Assembly (NCBI RefSeq): GCF_963853765.1
Contig: NC_088858.1
Coordinates: forward strand, 53,878,001-53,942,000
Origin: Magallana gigas
Taxonomy: Eukaryota
Direction: 5' to 3'
Length of the DNA: 64,000 bases
Shown here: piece after piece, positions 13,701 through 25,900 of the stretch
Layout: the number at the start of each line of letters is the position of its first letter
Numbering within the stretch: position 1 is the first letter of the stretch
Translations under genes and position numbers: made by a program
The notes under the pieces: generated by a model
What the model was told of the DNA's origin: nothing
What the model saw: the letters and a program-made list of their open reading frames with translations, nothing else
Database searches by the model: none

Positions 13701-16700
13701 TACAATATCATATAATACAATTTCATATTGATAATATTATACAAATATTGACTGTGGTTGAGGGCAAGCCTGCCAGGTGCTTCAGTATCACAAAGACACA
13801 CCATCCATGCAAGTTTGGTGAAGTTAGGACCAGTAATTACTAAGAATTCATCATCAGAGGGCACCTGTTTCAAAAACTTTAACCAGCTCTTAACACCTTG
13901 ACCTCCTCCAGCATCCGAAACCTATTGCTCAGATTCAGCATTCAAGCCTGTCTGGTGCATCATTATCATAAGACGCACCATCCATGCAAGTTTGGTGACG
14001 TTAGGACCAGTAGTAACTTAGATATTGCTATCAAAGGGCACCTGCACCAAAAACTTTAACCTGCTCCAAAAACCTTAACCTCCTCCAGCATCTGAAATTC
14101 AGGATTCAGATTCAGTATTTATGTCTTTCAAGTCCATAAGTAGGTCCAGATGCATCATCCATGCAAGTTTGGTGAAGTTAGGATAAGTAATAACTTAGAT
14201 ACAAAACCTGCAACAAAAACTTTAACCAGGTCCGGACGCCGACGCCAGGGGTATAGCATAAGCTCCCCCTGACTTTGTCTCGGGGAGCTAAAAAGCATTT
14301 AAATTAGATTGTATAATTTGCAGACAGTTTATAAATGATGTAGCTTGATAAAAAAACATAAACATTTCTTTCTTTAAAAAGATTCATTAAATGTGGCACA
14401 TAGCTTTGAAAAAGACAAATCATATGTCAAAAGTAATTATTCCTACATAACATCAGAGATAAACATATATTAACAGTATACTGCAAGCTAAACATAGAAA
14501 AATAACATCCTCAGTTAAGGACTCTACATGCTACGTCAGCTTCTGTAACAATATTAACAAAACTTTAAGTTTTTTTTCACCATACATAGACCAATAAACC
14601 TCCATTTCTTTTGAATGAGTGACGGGGCTTTGTACCTGTTCCGGCACCATTATCTGTCTTTTATCATCCATAGGTTTTACGTTGGGTCCTACAACAGAGC
14701 GGAGGTCGTCTTTGGTTGAGTAGCCCCTGTAGACGTCAAACAGAAATAAAATCTAATACAATCAAATCAACACTGTGATACAATGCAAAGCAAATTTGTG
14801 ATCAAATATGTCAGGTCAGATTCAATATTCAATAACTAGACAATATTGAGATGGTGACCATCTCAAAGGGCCCCGCTTACATAGTGGACAATATGATGAA
14901 AAGAATTTCAGAATTTTGCTTTGACTTTGACCTATAACTTCGAAATTTTCCACCTGGCATAGAACGTCTTATTCAATCTCAATACCCCTTACATACAGGT
15001 ATTTTTGTTCAATCTGAACAGATTAACCAAATGGGAAATAATCTATGATCTAAAACTGATTATAAAGAGATTTGCTATGACCTTCACATTGACTTGGTTC
15101 AAGGTAACTGGACGTCATTAACCAACAGCTCTGATTAAGTACGGTATTAGCCAAAAAGGACTAAGTGGAGAGTGTATATATGCTCTTAAAAAAAGGATTT
15201 TTGTTTGATCTGATATGACTTTGACACTTTATCTACCAACATCATATAAAGTCACTGCATACCCTTTAATCAAAGGCACTATGTGAGTGAAGTATGAGCC
15301 AGATTGGAGAAAAGGAAGAGAAGATATGCTTAGGACAAGGATTTTTCATAGTAATTCTGCTATGATCTTCACTTTTGACCTTGAAAATTGGTTCAAGGTC
15401 ACTACACACCCGTTATTTATAAGCTTTGTTTATTGTCTGTTTAAGCTCTGAGAAAGTATATATGCTCTGAAAAAAAGGTTTGTGCTCGGTCCGATATGAC
15501 CTTGACCTACAAACTTTTTCAAGATCACTGTACACCCTATGACCATTGACTCTGTGAGTGAAGTATGAGCTAGATTGGACCAAGGGGAGAGACGATATGC
15601 TCCGGACAAGGATTTTTCATATAATTCTGCTATGACCTTAACCTTAGACCTAGAAACATGGTTCAAGAGCAGTTTTAGGTCATTACACACCCTTTAAGGC
15701 ACTCTGTGGGTGAAGTATAAGCCTGATTGGGCCAATGGGAGAGAAAATATGCTCTGGACAAGCCATCTTGGATGGATGGACGGAAGGACGGACCAGTGGA
15801 CAAACGGACAGACTGATCACTATAGGGTGCCTGCAGAGCAGGGCCCTAACTCCCTCTTAATGTAGCTACGCAGCTCGAACAACCTATTTAGCTTTGTTTA
15901 CCTACCTGAAGTAGGTTTATTTAGCTACTTTTATGCAATTATGCATTTTTATATCAGACAAGAAGTTGCAAGGAAGTGAAAACTTATATTTGAACTATGT
16001 AGTTTTAAAAAGCCACCCAGAGCAAGGAGAATTAATACATTGCTGCTTTGGAGCAGGTTTAAGCAAAACATGCATTTCCATTGTTTGAGTAGCTGTATGA
16101 CACCTTAGGTGCTATGATTATGAGGCATGATTTTGTACTACTACTTCACTAGTGCTGAATTATAATTACGATACTAATCATGTAAACCAAAACTGGTTTT
16201 CTTTGTTATTTCATTAGAAACTTTTCAGAACTTTAATTGCAATTGCTCTGAAGGAGGAGCCTTTCTCAGAGCGATTTTTTCATGAATTGTTTTCAGGTCA
16301 GCTCTAACTTAGAATTGAAGGAGCAACATTTTCCAGAGTGATTTCCATGGACTGTTTTCTGATCAGCTCCAACTTTTAACAGATTTGGAAGCTTACACCA
16401 ACTTGAAAATTTTTGCTGCACTCAAGTGCAAATATTTGTACAAAAGCTAAGTGGCTAAATAAACCTACTTCTGGTAGGAAAGTAAGCTATGTAGGTAATT
16501 CAAGATATGCAGCTAAATTTAGTGATTGTACCAGACCTGTTTATGCTAAAAAAAGTGGGCACTTAAGATGTAGACTCGGCAGGAATCTGGGCACACAAGG
16601 AGAGTGAAAATTTCATCAATTAATTATGCATATTTTTCAAATATAACCATTATTTGGTTTCTGTTGGATGTAGAATTGGTAGAAAAAAATTTTAAATGCA

Positions 16701-18037
16701 AAAGGTTTTATCATAATATGGGTCTATACATAGCAAAACGACGGAATTGATGCAAAATCCAACTTATTTACAGCTGTTTTAAAATGATTTTGTTGTCTCT
16801 GGGTCTTATCTCCACAAATTTGAAATGTGTAAAGAAGACCTATTTCAACATTAAAAATGATGCTTTTTAAAAAATGATGGAGAGAAGACCTACAGATGAC
16901 TAAATATTCACTTTTTCAAAATATGTTTTGGAGGATAGAAAATAAAGTCCAGAGATATGACGATGTTGTTTCAAACACTACTTTATACCGCCGACTTAAA
17001 AGTCTTGCATGGCTCACTGGTTTCGTACTGGATTAGTGACATGAAATGTTTTAGGTTCAAATCCTCCTGGTGATTCTCTTTTTTTTTTTTTAACTTCTTT
17101 TTTTTTAAATGTATGTTGGTATTACATTATGTTAAAAAATAAAATACCGGAATATTTTAATTTGTCGTTATTTACTTCTGCCGTACGAACACTATTTTCT
17201 TGTCCTTATTACTAGTTTATTAAGATATACAATATACCTGAATTAAAATATATATGCATTAATATTTTCAGTATAATTTTTTATCGGTTTACCCCTCAGT
17301 GTCCTTTTTACAGAGTTTGTCAGGTTTTTTTTAATAGACAAAATAGACATGTACTTCAACTCTCAACATAATTTAGTTTGACTGTTTGAGTAATCAATTT
17401 TTGTTTAAACCTGTACATAGAGCATATCGAGGTTATGGACATTAAAATTCCAATTGATTCATGTCAATGATTCCTGCAAACTTACAATTTTGCACGCCCA
17501 GTTTCTTTGATGTCAATTGTTCAAATTTGACAAAAAAAGACAGGTGAGCATAATATATCCTGTTTCTATGCACATCTCCAGCAGTAATTCTTATGTTTAA
17601 GGGGGGATTTTTTGGCAGCATATGTTTTTCATCCAACATAATTTGAGAATTTTCAAAACAACTTTTTGATTCATGTTTATAGGAAATAATTTTACTCTTT
17701 TTAATATGGATTTCTACTCTGACTCTCTCTTCCTCTTTCTTCAAGTATATATAAAACACATGGTTATTGTCTTAAAATATAAGCTATATATATATTATGA
17801 TTTATGTAATAATATAAAAGCAGGGTTAAAGTAATAGAAATCTTGGAAATCAAATGCAAGACCCAAAAACACCAGAGGAAATTCGAACAAAACTCTTTAA
17901 TCACTGTAAACAACCTTTTAAAATAAGTAAATTTTTAAAGTTTTAACACACATATTTTGTGATGTGAATTACCTCGATTCAATCTGTGGAATCAGTCGTG
18001 TAAAACATCGAAGGCCAGTTTTGGTGACCAACGACAT
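10784..18037 (-). CDS. NDUFS4: NADH dehydrogenase [ubiquinone] iron-sulfur protein 4, mitochondrial (169 aa, 5 exons)
   Basis: Exons 18037-17973 ([21 protein letters not shown], presequence-like), 14726-14636, 11821-11646 ([25 protein letters not shown]...[16 protein letters not shown]), 11103-11030 ([25 protein letters not shown]) and 10887-10784 ([33 protein letters not shown]). Total 510 nt, all GT/AG; diagnostic NDUFS4 motifs. Confidence 0.95.
12782..13386. mobile_element. Long-hairpin non-autonomous element, third family
   Basis: 161-bp palindrome at 12783-12943 (centre GCGCACTAGCGC), GATTGG near the far end, TTAA at both putative ends. Far boundary approximate. Confidence 0.55.
13741..14294 (+). 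mobile_element. Helentron-associated (HINE/pearl-like) non-autonomous element with about 3 internal ~177-bp repeats
   Basis: CACCATCCATGCAAGTTTGGTGA(A/C)GTTAGGA recurs near 13800, 13978 and 14153; GACGCC microsatellite; 3' hairpin AGCTCCCC...GGGGAGCT followed by an A-run. Confidence 0.7.
14833..15849 (+). mobile_element. Helentron-associated element carrying Cg170-like satellite monomers
   Basis: Repeated TGACCTTGACC / TTGGTTCAAGGTCAC / GTGAAGTATGAGC blocks, GGAC/GGAT microsatellite, terminal ACTGATCACTATAGGG...CAGGGCCCTAA. Confidence 0.7.
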
Positions 18038-18134
18038 TGTTGATGGTTAAACAAGAGAGCTCAACAAGAAAGATAACTCATTTAGGGGTTTTTTTCTGGA
18101 CAAGTCGTACAATTTTTGGGCGCCTGTAAAGTGC

Positions 18135-18260
18135 GAAACGAAATCGAAACGAAACGAAACGAAACGAAATCGAACGAAACGAAACCAATCGAAACGAAAC
18201 CAAACCAATCGAAACGAAACCAAACGAAACGAAACCAAAATTAGAAACGAAAGAAACGGA
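18135..18260. repeat. Degenerate (AAACG)n microsatellite about 100 nt upstream of the NDUFS4 start codon
   Basis: GAAAC/GAAATC/CAAAC pentamer variants. Confidence 0.85.
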
Positions 18261-19917
18261 ATTTAAACAAAACTAATATCAATTTTGACTACATAAAAGT
18301 GAAAATAAATTCATTGAAATAAATTTTTAAACCATAAAATATAACTACCTGTATGTTTCAGATTGCCGCTGTAAATTTTTGAGCCGATTATCCGAAATTT
18401 GCACAAAAAAAAATTGGTAAATAAGATAAGTTTACAATTATTGTCTTCTTTGGATTAAATGTGTGTCTTTTGAAACTAGCTATATGCACTTAACTCTATA
18501 ACTAGTATACATGTACGTCCCTGCTCGAAACAAGATGCAATTTTAACTGAAATTTCATTTTATGTTATATAAGCATGCATTTCTCTATTACCATTTTTTA
18601 GTTCGTTAAAATCGAACAAACGATTAAAAAAATCGAACAAATAATTAATAAATGTCTTTGCACATATATAAACGTGCAGAATTGAACATGCACACTGATA
18701 TGCATACATCGGCTCAAATTAAAAGTGTGATAAAATAAATATAATAATCACATTTGATTTACAAAGCAAATAGTTATACACTGATTTTCAATTTACATGT
18801 AGTACGAAGAAAATATGGCGCAACATGTTGTTAAATACGAATAATTTCTGGCACAATCTGTTTCTAAATAACAGGTGGCGCCTCTATCGTGACAACTGAA
18901 AAACAACATGTCTGTCCAAGTTTAATTCTTTGAAAGTTTTTCGGCTTTGTTAAAATGTGATTATACTTTCAAAAGTACCTGGTAAGTCACACAAAATATA
19001 TTTTACCCCTAACAGCTGAGATAAAACTTGTTCTTATATCCAAACCGCGTTTTGCATGCCTGTCACTCGTCTGTGCCAAAAATGACGTTTTATGAAATAA
19101 TTTTAGCTTGCTGGTTTGATCATGCATCAGCAGTGTATTTGATATTCCTTATTCTTTGCTCTTATCCATTATGCCATTTGTTTTTAAAATAAGTATTTGT
19201 TATTTAGTGACAGCGCATATTGATTGTTTACGTTTTGAACAAAGACTTAAGTTTTTAAAATTAATATGTTTTACGGTACTACCGTTCTGGCGAGCGCAGC
19301 AAAAATTACACATACCTTGCATCATGCATCATTGTCAATCTAGTGTTATTTAAATATAGGTATCAACGAACGTCAAAGAATTTTTGAGAGATTATTTCTC
19401 TACAATAAGTATGCCAGGGCAAATGTACTAATTTTAATGGTCATGATACATACAGTGCAACCCCCTACCCCTCTCCAGAGAGAGAGAGAGAGAGAGAGAG
19501 AGAGTGTGTGTGTCCGGTTCCTGTTTGTAGGTGTGTAATTTCCCACTTTTAAATGTATTGGTTTGACTATATGCAATATCTACATAAATTTTTTAACTGT
19601 TTATTTTTTCTCTTTATTCCTTTTTATTTAGTTCAAAATATCCTATTGTTTATTTCCTCCCTACTGATATAACGTTAATCATATACTTACCTGTCTACTG
19701 TACATGCATGCACATTAATTAGCTTAAAAATGAATCGATATGACAGTAAAGTATGGCTCTTGCTAGTATATATTTAAATAATCTCTATATTAAAAAAAAA
19801 CAAATCATATGTCAATGAGACAGGTATAGCATTCTATACTGAAATAGCTAGTACGCGCATAACAGATGTTTGATCCACCTCTAAATTTATCGAGGGAAAT
19901 ACAGCGCCAGAGCACTG

Positions 19918-19925
19918 TGACGTCA
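19918..19925. promoter_or_regulatory. CRE palindrome upstream of the putative CCP1 first exon
   Basis: TGACGTCA 40 nt before the tentative ATG at 19966; motif only, no functional evidence. Confidence 0.35.
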
Positions 19926-19965
19926 TCCATAACTTTGTTCGTCTTTGTTTACGTATCTCGACTCA

Positions 19966-22900
19966 ATGCGAAGGTATGGAAGCAACTAACAAATCTCTTG
20001 AGTCTCGCAAAAGCATATGCAGTACTCTAAACGTGTCTTCAAACCTTAAGACATCGTAAATTACGAGTTAAAAGTCGGCCATTTTTGGTATAGCACCACG
20101 GGTGAAAACATTAGAGAGCATTATGGGACGTAGACAAAAAATTTAGTTTGATGAACTGTAGGTTTAGCTCGTTCTTTTTCCCGCGCACACTGGTTCTTAG
20201 AGCTCGCTTTGCTCGCCGGCGCTGTGCGCCGGCGAGCTGCGCTCGCTATTATTCTGGATGTTGAACAGTAGGCCTAGACATCAAACTATAGGGCCCCTTT
20301 CGAGCTTTCTCAGAGCTTACTGGTGACTTAAAGCTAATTTATGACTATCAACCAGTAAAATGGAAATAACACGGTTGCAGTTTATTTATTTGTCTTGTCA
20401 TCATCAGAGTAACGTTTGATGAAAAAGCCAATCTCTGAAGAAGTGGGTTTTTTCCTATTTAATTTTAGTGTGCAAATGCTGTCTGCTATTTCAATATTAA
20501 GGGTCATCAAATTTGCATTAGTATAGCTTCATTTTACTGACCAAGTTGTAAATACAGTAGGAACTTTTCTTTGTATTGATAGCAATTAATTTTTAAAAGT
20601 TGATTTTCCCTCAAATTTCAATCTTTTTTCTGCCATTTTCAAGCCAAACACATCCCATACACTCTAACTCTGAGGTATATAGAAGTTTGGGCTTCGTTGT
20701 ATGCAAAACTTTTTCCAAAGGTGCGGAATACCCTTAAATCTGGATTTTCATTTCACTCTAACTCTGAGGTATATAGAAGTTTAGGCTTCGTTGTATGCAA
20801 AACTTTTTCCATAGGTGCGGAATACCCTTAAATCTGGATTTTCATTTCAGATACTCTGTCCCAAGATATCCTTGCATCACATTTTCCGTCAATCATTCAA
20901 TATTGAAAAAAAAACAGGGTTTATTAACCATATTCATTCAATATTATTCAATGTGAAAAAAATCAAAAGATTGCTCTTTCCATCTGGATAGCTTGTCAGG
21001 TTGAAAAATAAAAGTACGGTACAAAGTCTAATATGGAGATTTGGTATTGCTAATGACAGTACACGAATGATAAGATAACTATTGTAAGAAATCTGTTATA
21101 TAGTTTCTTCAGGTAAAAAGGGATGGCGTGTCAATAAGAGATGTTAAAACAGTTAACTGGTGACACCACAATTTGAAGGGAGAACTTGCAATAATTAGTC
21201 AATGACAAATTCTGTCAATTTGCTGTATATTACATGGCAGTCACTTTATATGCAAGGGAATTAAACTATGTTCAATGCTACATGTACATGTAATACATGT
21301 ATTAAATACACTGATTATACTTAATTACTTATACATGTACATGGATCACCATGGTATTATGGCATTTATTGTATATGTCATTATTCATAAAAAAAATATT
21401 GAAAAACATGAAAAAGTTCCTTTACGTATTATCATACGATGTAATAAAAAGTATTATAGCTTTTCAAGAAATTAGCCAAAATTACACCATATACTGAAGA
21501 CAGAAACTGACACAGGTTTATTTTCACAGTTCAATATGGGAAACGTGCAAGAAAATTTGTCTTGTATATGACAGACATTCAGTGTATTTGGATAAACATG
21601 TATCACTGTGGCTTCATTAGTATTCACTGGCACCCATTTGTATGGATAAAGTGAACGCAGCTTCAGGATTCTGTAAATTTCTGGCTTAGGTTCTTATCAA
21701 TACAATTTGTCATTAGCAAAGCAATCAACATTTAATTTCAAGGACCAACTCAACAACCAAATATATAAAAAGTGGTATTTAATACCCCAGTATTCTATTC
21801 TATTCTATTCTACTCTATTCTACTCTATTCTATTCTGTAAGTCATTTTATTTACGCTAACATTGATATATGACCAATGATTTCTGGGATGAGAGGACTCT
21901 ATACAGATTTTTTAGTCATTGACATGTCACTGGCAATCTTAGTTATATCCAGTAATTTCTGTATAAATCAATAAAAATAAGAGCAGGTTTGATGTAACAA
22001 ATATAGTATATATTTTGTATCCATTTTATCCCCCATGATTTGAAACATCTATATAATTACCATAGAAATAAACAAATTTATGCATAGACATGATAGATCT
22101 CTGAAATATATCAGTGTCTCAATTCAGAGCTAAATTCCCATAAATCACATTTGTGAATAATTTGAAGAGGAAGTGTTAAGTAAATAAGTTAAATCAATCT
22201 TCTCACTGACTAGTAGTTTGAATGTGTTCTTTAGAAGATATTGATCAATGTGCATTACTATGTCTGAATAATTATTGACAGGAATATCAACAAGCTCTTT
22301 TCACCTGATCATAAAATATGAGCATATTCTTTTAGTTTTGTCTAGTAAGTAATGAAAACTATTTGAGCTACGATAACAGAAGGAGTTGGTTCCTTTGGTC
22401 CCATATACAAAACAACAAGGCAGATTAGGTCTTCCTTACAATTACAAGAAATCTTTCCAACAAACAAACAAGCATTGTCAAGACATTTCTCTGTTTATAA
22501 TGTGACACTACTCAGTTTATGTTGTTCATTATTTAAATTGAACTTAATAGACCAGCTATCATCAAGAGGAATAGTAATTTTCAATCGACTTATATTGGGT
22601 AAATTAAGTCACAGAAATTGATACATATATTTTATTATAAATAGTTTAATAAAGTGTCTTTATAAATGCCCATGTTTTAGCAGCTTTAAATAAAGCTCAT
22701 TATGTACATAATTATCATAAAAATAAATGATTTATAAAAAGACTCTGTAATGTTGAATTTCTTGAACATTGACTGTGACACAGATCTCCTTGTGGTAGGA
22801 ATAAACATTGGGGATTGGACTTGTTTATGGTTTGACTTTTTAAATGAACAGGAATGGGATAAGTGTAATCTGTGGTGTTCAGGAGCTAGCGTAATTAATA

Positions 22901-25900
22901 GAATGTAGGAATTACTCCCCGAATACATTTATACACATCAGTCGGGATTATCCTATGAACTTTTGATGACCGACTTTCTTCGACTGTTGGACATCTTTGG
23001 CTTCAATGTGTATGTACGTTACAAGGACATGGACACATATTTCCCAATGAAGGCCTTAATTATTTTTTTATCATGCAGAAAACTTACTGAGACATTTTTT
23101 TAAAACCCTGTGTGCTTATAAAGATATTGATTTGTTGAGTGATGTACAGTATTTATTCAGAGCATTGTGTGAATGGACAACCTTCACTTTTTGCTGATAA
23201 TAAAGGCAGTCTAGTGCTATCATAGACTGCAATGGGGTGACAGTGTAAGCCAAACCCTCTTGTGACAATAGCATGAAGGCCTCTCAGGCCAAACACTCTT
23301 TTGTTGAAGGTATGGCTCTCAATAATTGAAAGTTAAAAGCCTGTTATGTGAGAGAGAACTGTTATTCTGAATGAGATGTACCAGGGTGATTAAGGTTTCA
23401 TGTGTTTCTTGGCAATCAATACACTTTAATGATGTTTTAGTGACTCCACTGGAGGTTTAGTTGGCTGGTAAAGAAGAGAGTTACACATTTCAGACCCATT
23501 ATTTATGTGCTGAAGTGTACACTAATACAGTCTAATACTTAAGTCTGCACACTGAAAGCTGTGAAGCATTATATTCTCTGTATCCTTGACTTTCAGACTT
23601 TTGCCAAGATATGTTGAGTTAGAACACCCAGACTGTAGGACATCAAACAGACATGGAGAGAAGTGTCGGGTAAGTATAACTGTACTTATAATTGCATGTA
23701 CTGAGAAATTTTGAATGAATGTTCTTGTGATCACTTTAGAAATTTTATTATTGTATAAGTGTATAGGTGACACGGGACAGTTTTTTTGATACAATTCATT
23801 GTAGCCAAGGGATGCATGTCTTCGGAACTCTGTAACTAGAATTTCCTCAGTTCCCATTCAGCACAAATACCTTTAATTCACTCTCTATAAGGCCAGTCAC
23901 CAATTTCTGAAGAAAATTACTAGTCAAAACCTGTACAATTCTCTACATCTGGTTTTTATGAGATTTTGACCCTTTCATATTTTGCTAATTTTTTATGATT
24001 TTTCAGCTTTTTAGACCTCCCCCAGCTAATTCCCTGCAGAGTTGCACTATCACATGTCAGAAACTTACCGGTGTATAGTTGACAATGTCCCATCCACCTA
24101 CTTTTCGTGTTATTTTACCTCCCGTCTGTAATTTGCAATTTCACTGTGTAAAGTCAACACAACAGTCATAGCCGTAGGTTTTGCATTTTACTTCTGATTC
24201 TTATGTACCTAACATATGGGGCCTACATATTGCATATCAATTTCAACAAGAGACACCCTCTAACTAATGATAATCATTAAAAATCATTTCATGAATTTTA
24301 GCAACACTCATAAGCCTTCAAGTACAGCAACTCTCAATTTTACAAAAATATTGACGGGTACTTTATCCGAAACTGTCCCTTGCTACCATAGCTTAATGTA
24401 ATTGGCATGTTCTTGTAATACATTGATTGTTGTTAATTAAAATACTTTAATGTATACGTGATTTTTAAAACCTCTCCTTGATATTGTGGCCCGGGTGTAC
24501 TGTGTTTTTTGTATGTGATGCGTGATACTTGACAGTATGTACTGTTGTGTAAGATATGACTTTACTTTTGGGGGTGTACTGTAGGTCGCGACTACAGACC
24601 CTGTTCCAGCAGCTGGAGAAGATCGGGGGTAAGCAGGCCCGGAATCAGACCAGCACGGAGGACCTTCAGACCATTCGATATGTCACCTCAAAGATACATC
24701 AGATCCTCAACTCACAAGGTAGGCCCTCACCCCCTACCAACACTCATCCCCACCCACTCATCATTGCTGACCCTAACCCCCTACCAACACTCATCCCCAC
24801 CCACTCATCATTGCTGACCCTAATCCCCTACCAACACTCATCCCCACCCACTCATCATTGCTGACCCTCACCCTTACCAACACTCATCCCCACCCACTCA
24901 TCATTGCTGACCCTCACACCTACCAACACTGTTGTACTCGTTCCCACCCTATCATCATTGCTGCAGCACCCTGGGAGGGCTTTTTTGTACAGGACTGAGG
25001 GAAAATAATCAATAGCTTCTCCTATAAATGTGTCAAAGATTGGGCTACCTTTTTTGTTTTATCGTTTTTTGTGTTTATTTTTAGCCTTTCATTGTTTCTG
25101 GGTTGTTCATTTAAACAATTGATTTGTTAAGTGTTTTGCAGAGAAAGAGAGAGAGGGAGGAGAGAGAAAGAGTGTTGATTATATATTTTTGTGTGTGTAT
25201 TAATCTATAACATTTAATATTGTTTTGAAAAAGAATTGCTTCAGAATTTAGAAATTTACAATTGCTTAAAATGGAGAGGTTTCATTCTAATAAAATTTAT
25301 GATCCGAAAATCAAATGAAATTACAACCCACTTTTATGCATTGTACATACACTTTCACGAAGTGGAATAATTTCTTCCACTTATAGAGCCTGGTATCAAA
25401 GATTTAGTGGATGAGTGAGAATTCCCATGTTCAAGAATTAGGTGAATAAATACTCAGCGATTTAAACACTAATGTGCACCCCAATCTTGTCATGCAGAAT
25501 AATAAGTTTCAAGTTAATTAAGGTCTTTTGAGTAAACCTGATATTAGTTATTCTAAATGTGGAAATATTTTTCTTCAGAAAAGACGCACCGAGACACGGT
25601 CCTGAAGAACAGCGGATGGGTCGATTTAATTCTCGCTACTTTGAAGGTAAATATAGAGATCGTTTTTCAGGCTTTATTGTTTGTTTAGTGATTACCTCAA
25701 ATTAGTGTGTATTCAGGAAGGGATTATATTTAATCTCTTGTTCAAATAAACTGAGGTAGGAATCGTAGGTGTTGTAAGAATAGATTAATGGATAATGAAC
25801 ATGATGTCACAGGGTCGTTAAATAATAACGATCAAAGACTTGGATTCGTACTTTGCTTTTATATTATATATGAAAAGAAACCTAGAAAACACAGAAAACA

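Noticed and set aside
17010-17064. Functional tRNA genes at A/B-box sites
   Set aside because: Boxes are present but no acceptor or anticodon stems could be formed; treated as SINE/tRNA-derived remnants.
23522-23857. 111-aa minus-strand ORF in CCP1 intron 1
   Set aside because: Flanking frames are stop-rich, no motif or splice support; consistent with chance in AT-rich DNA.
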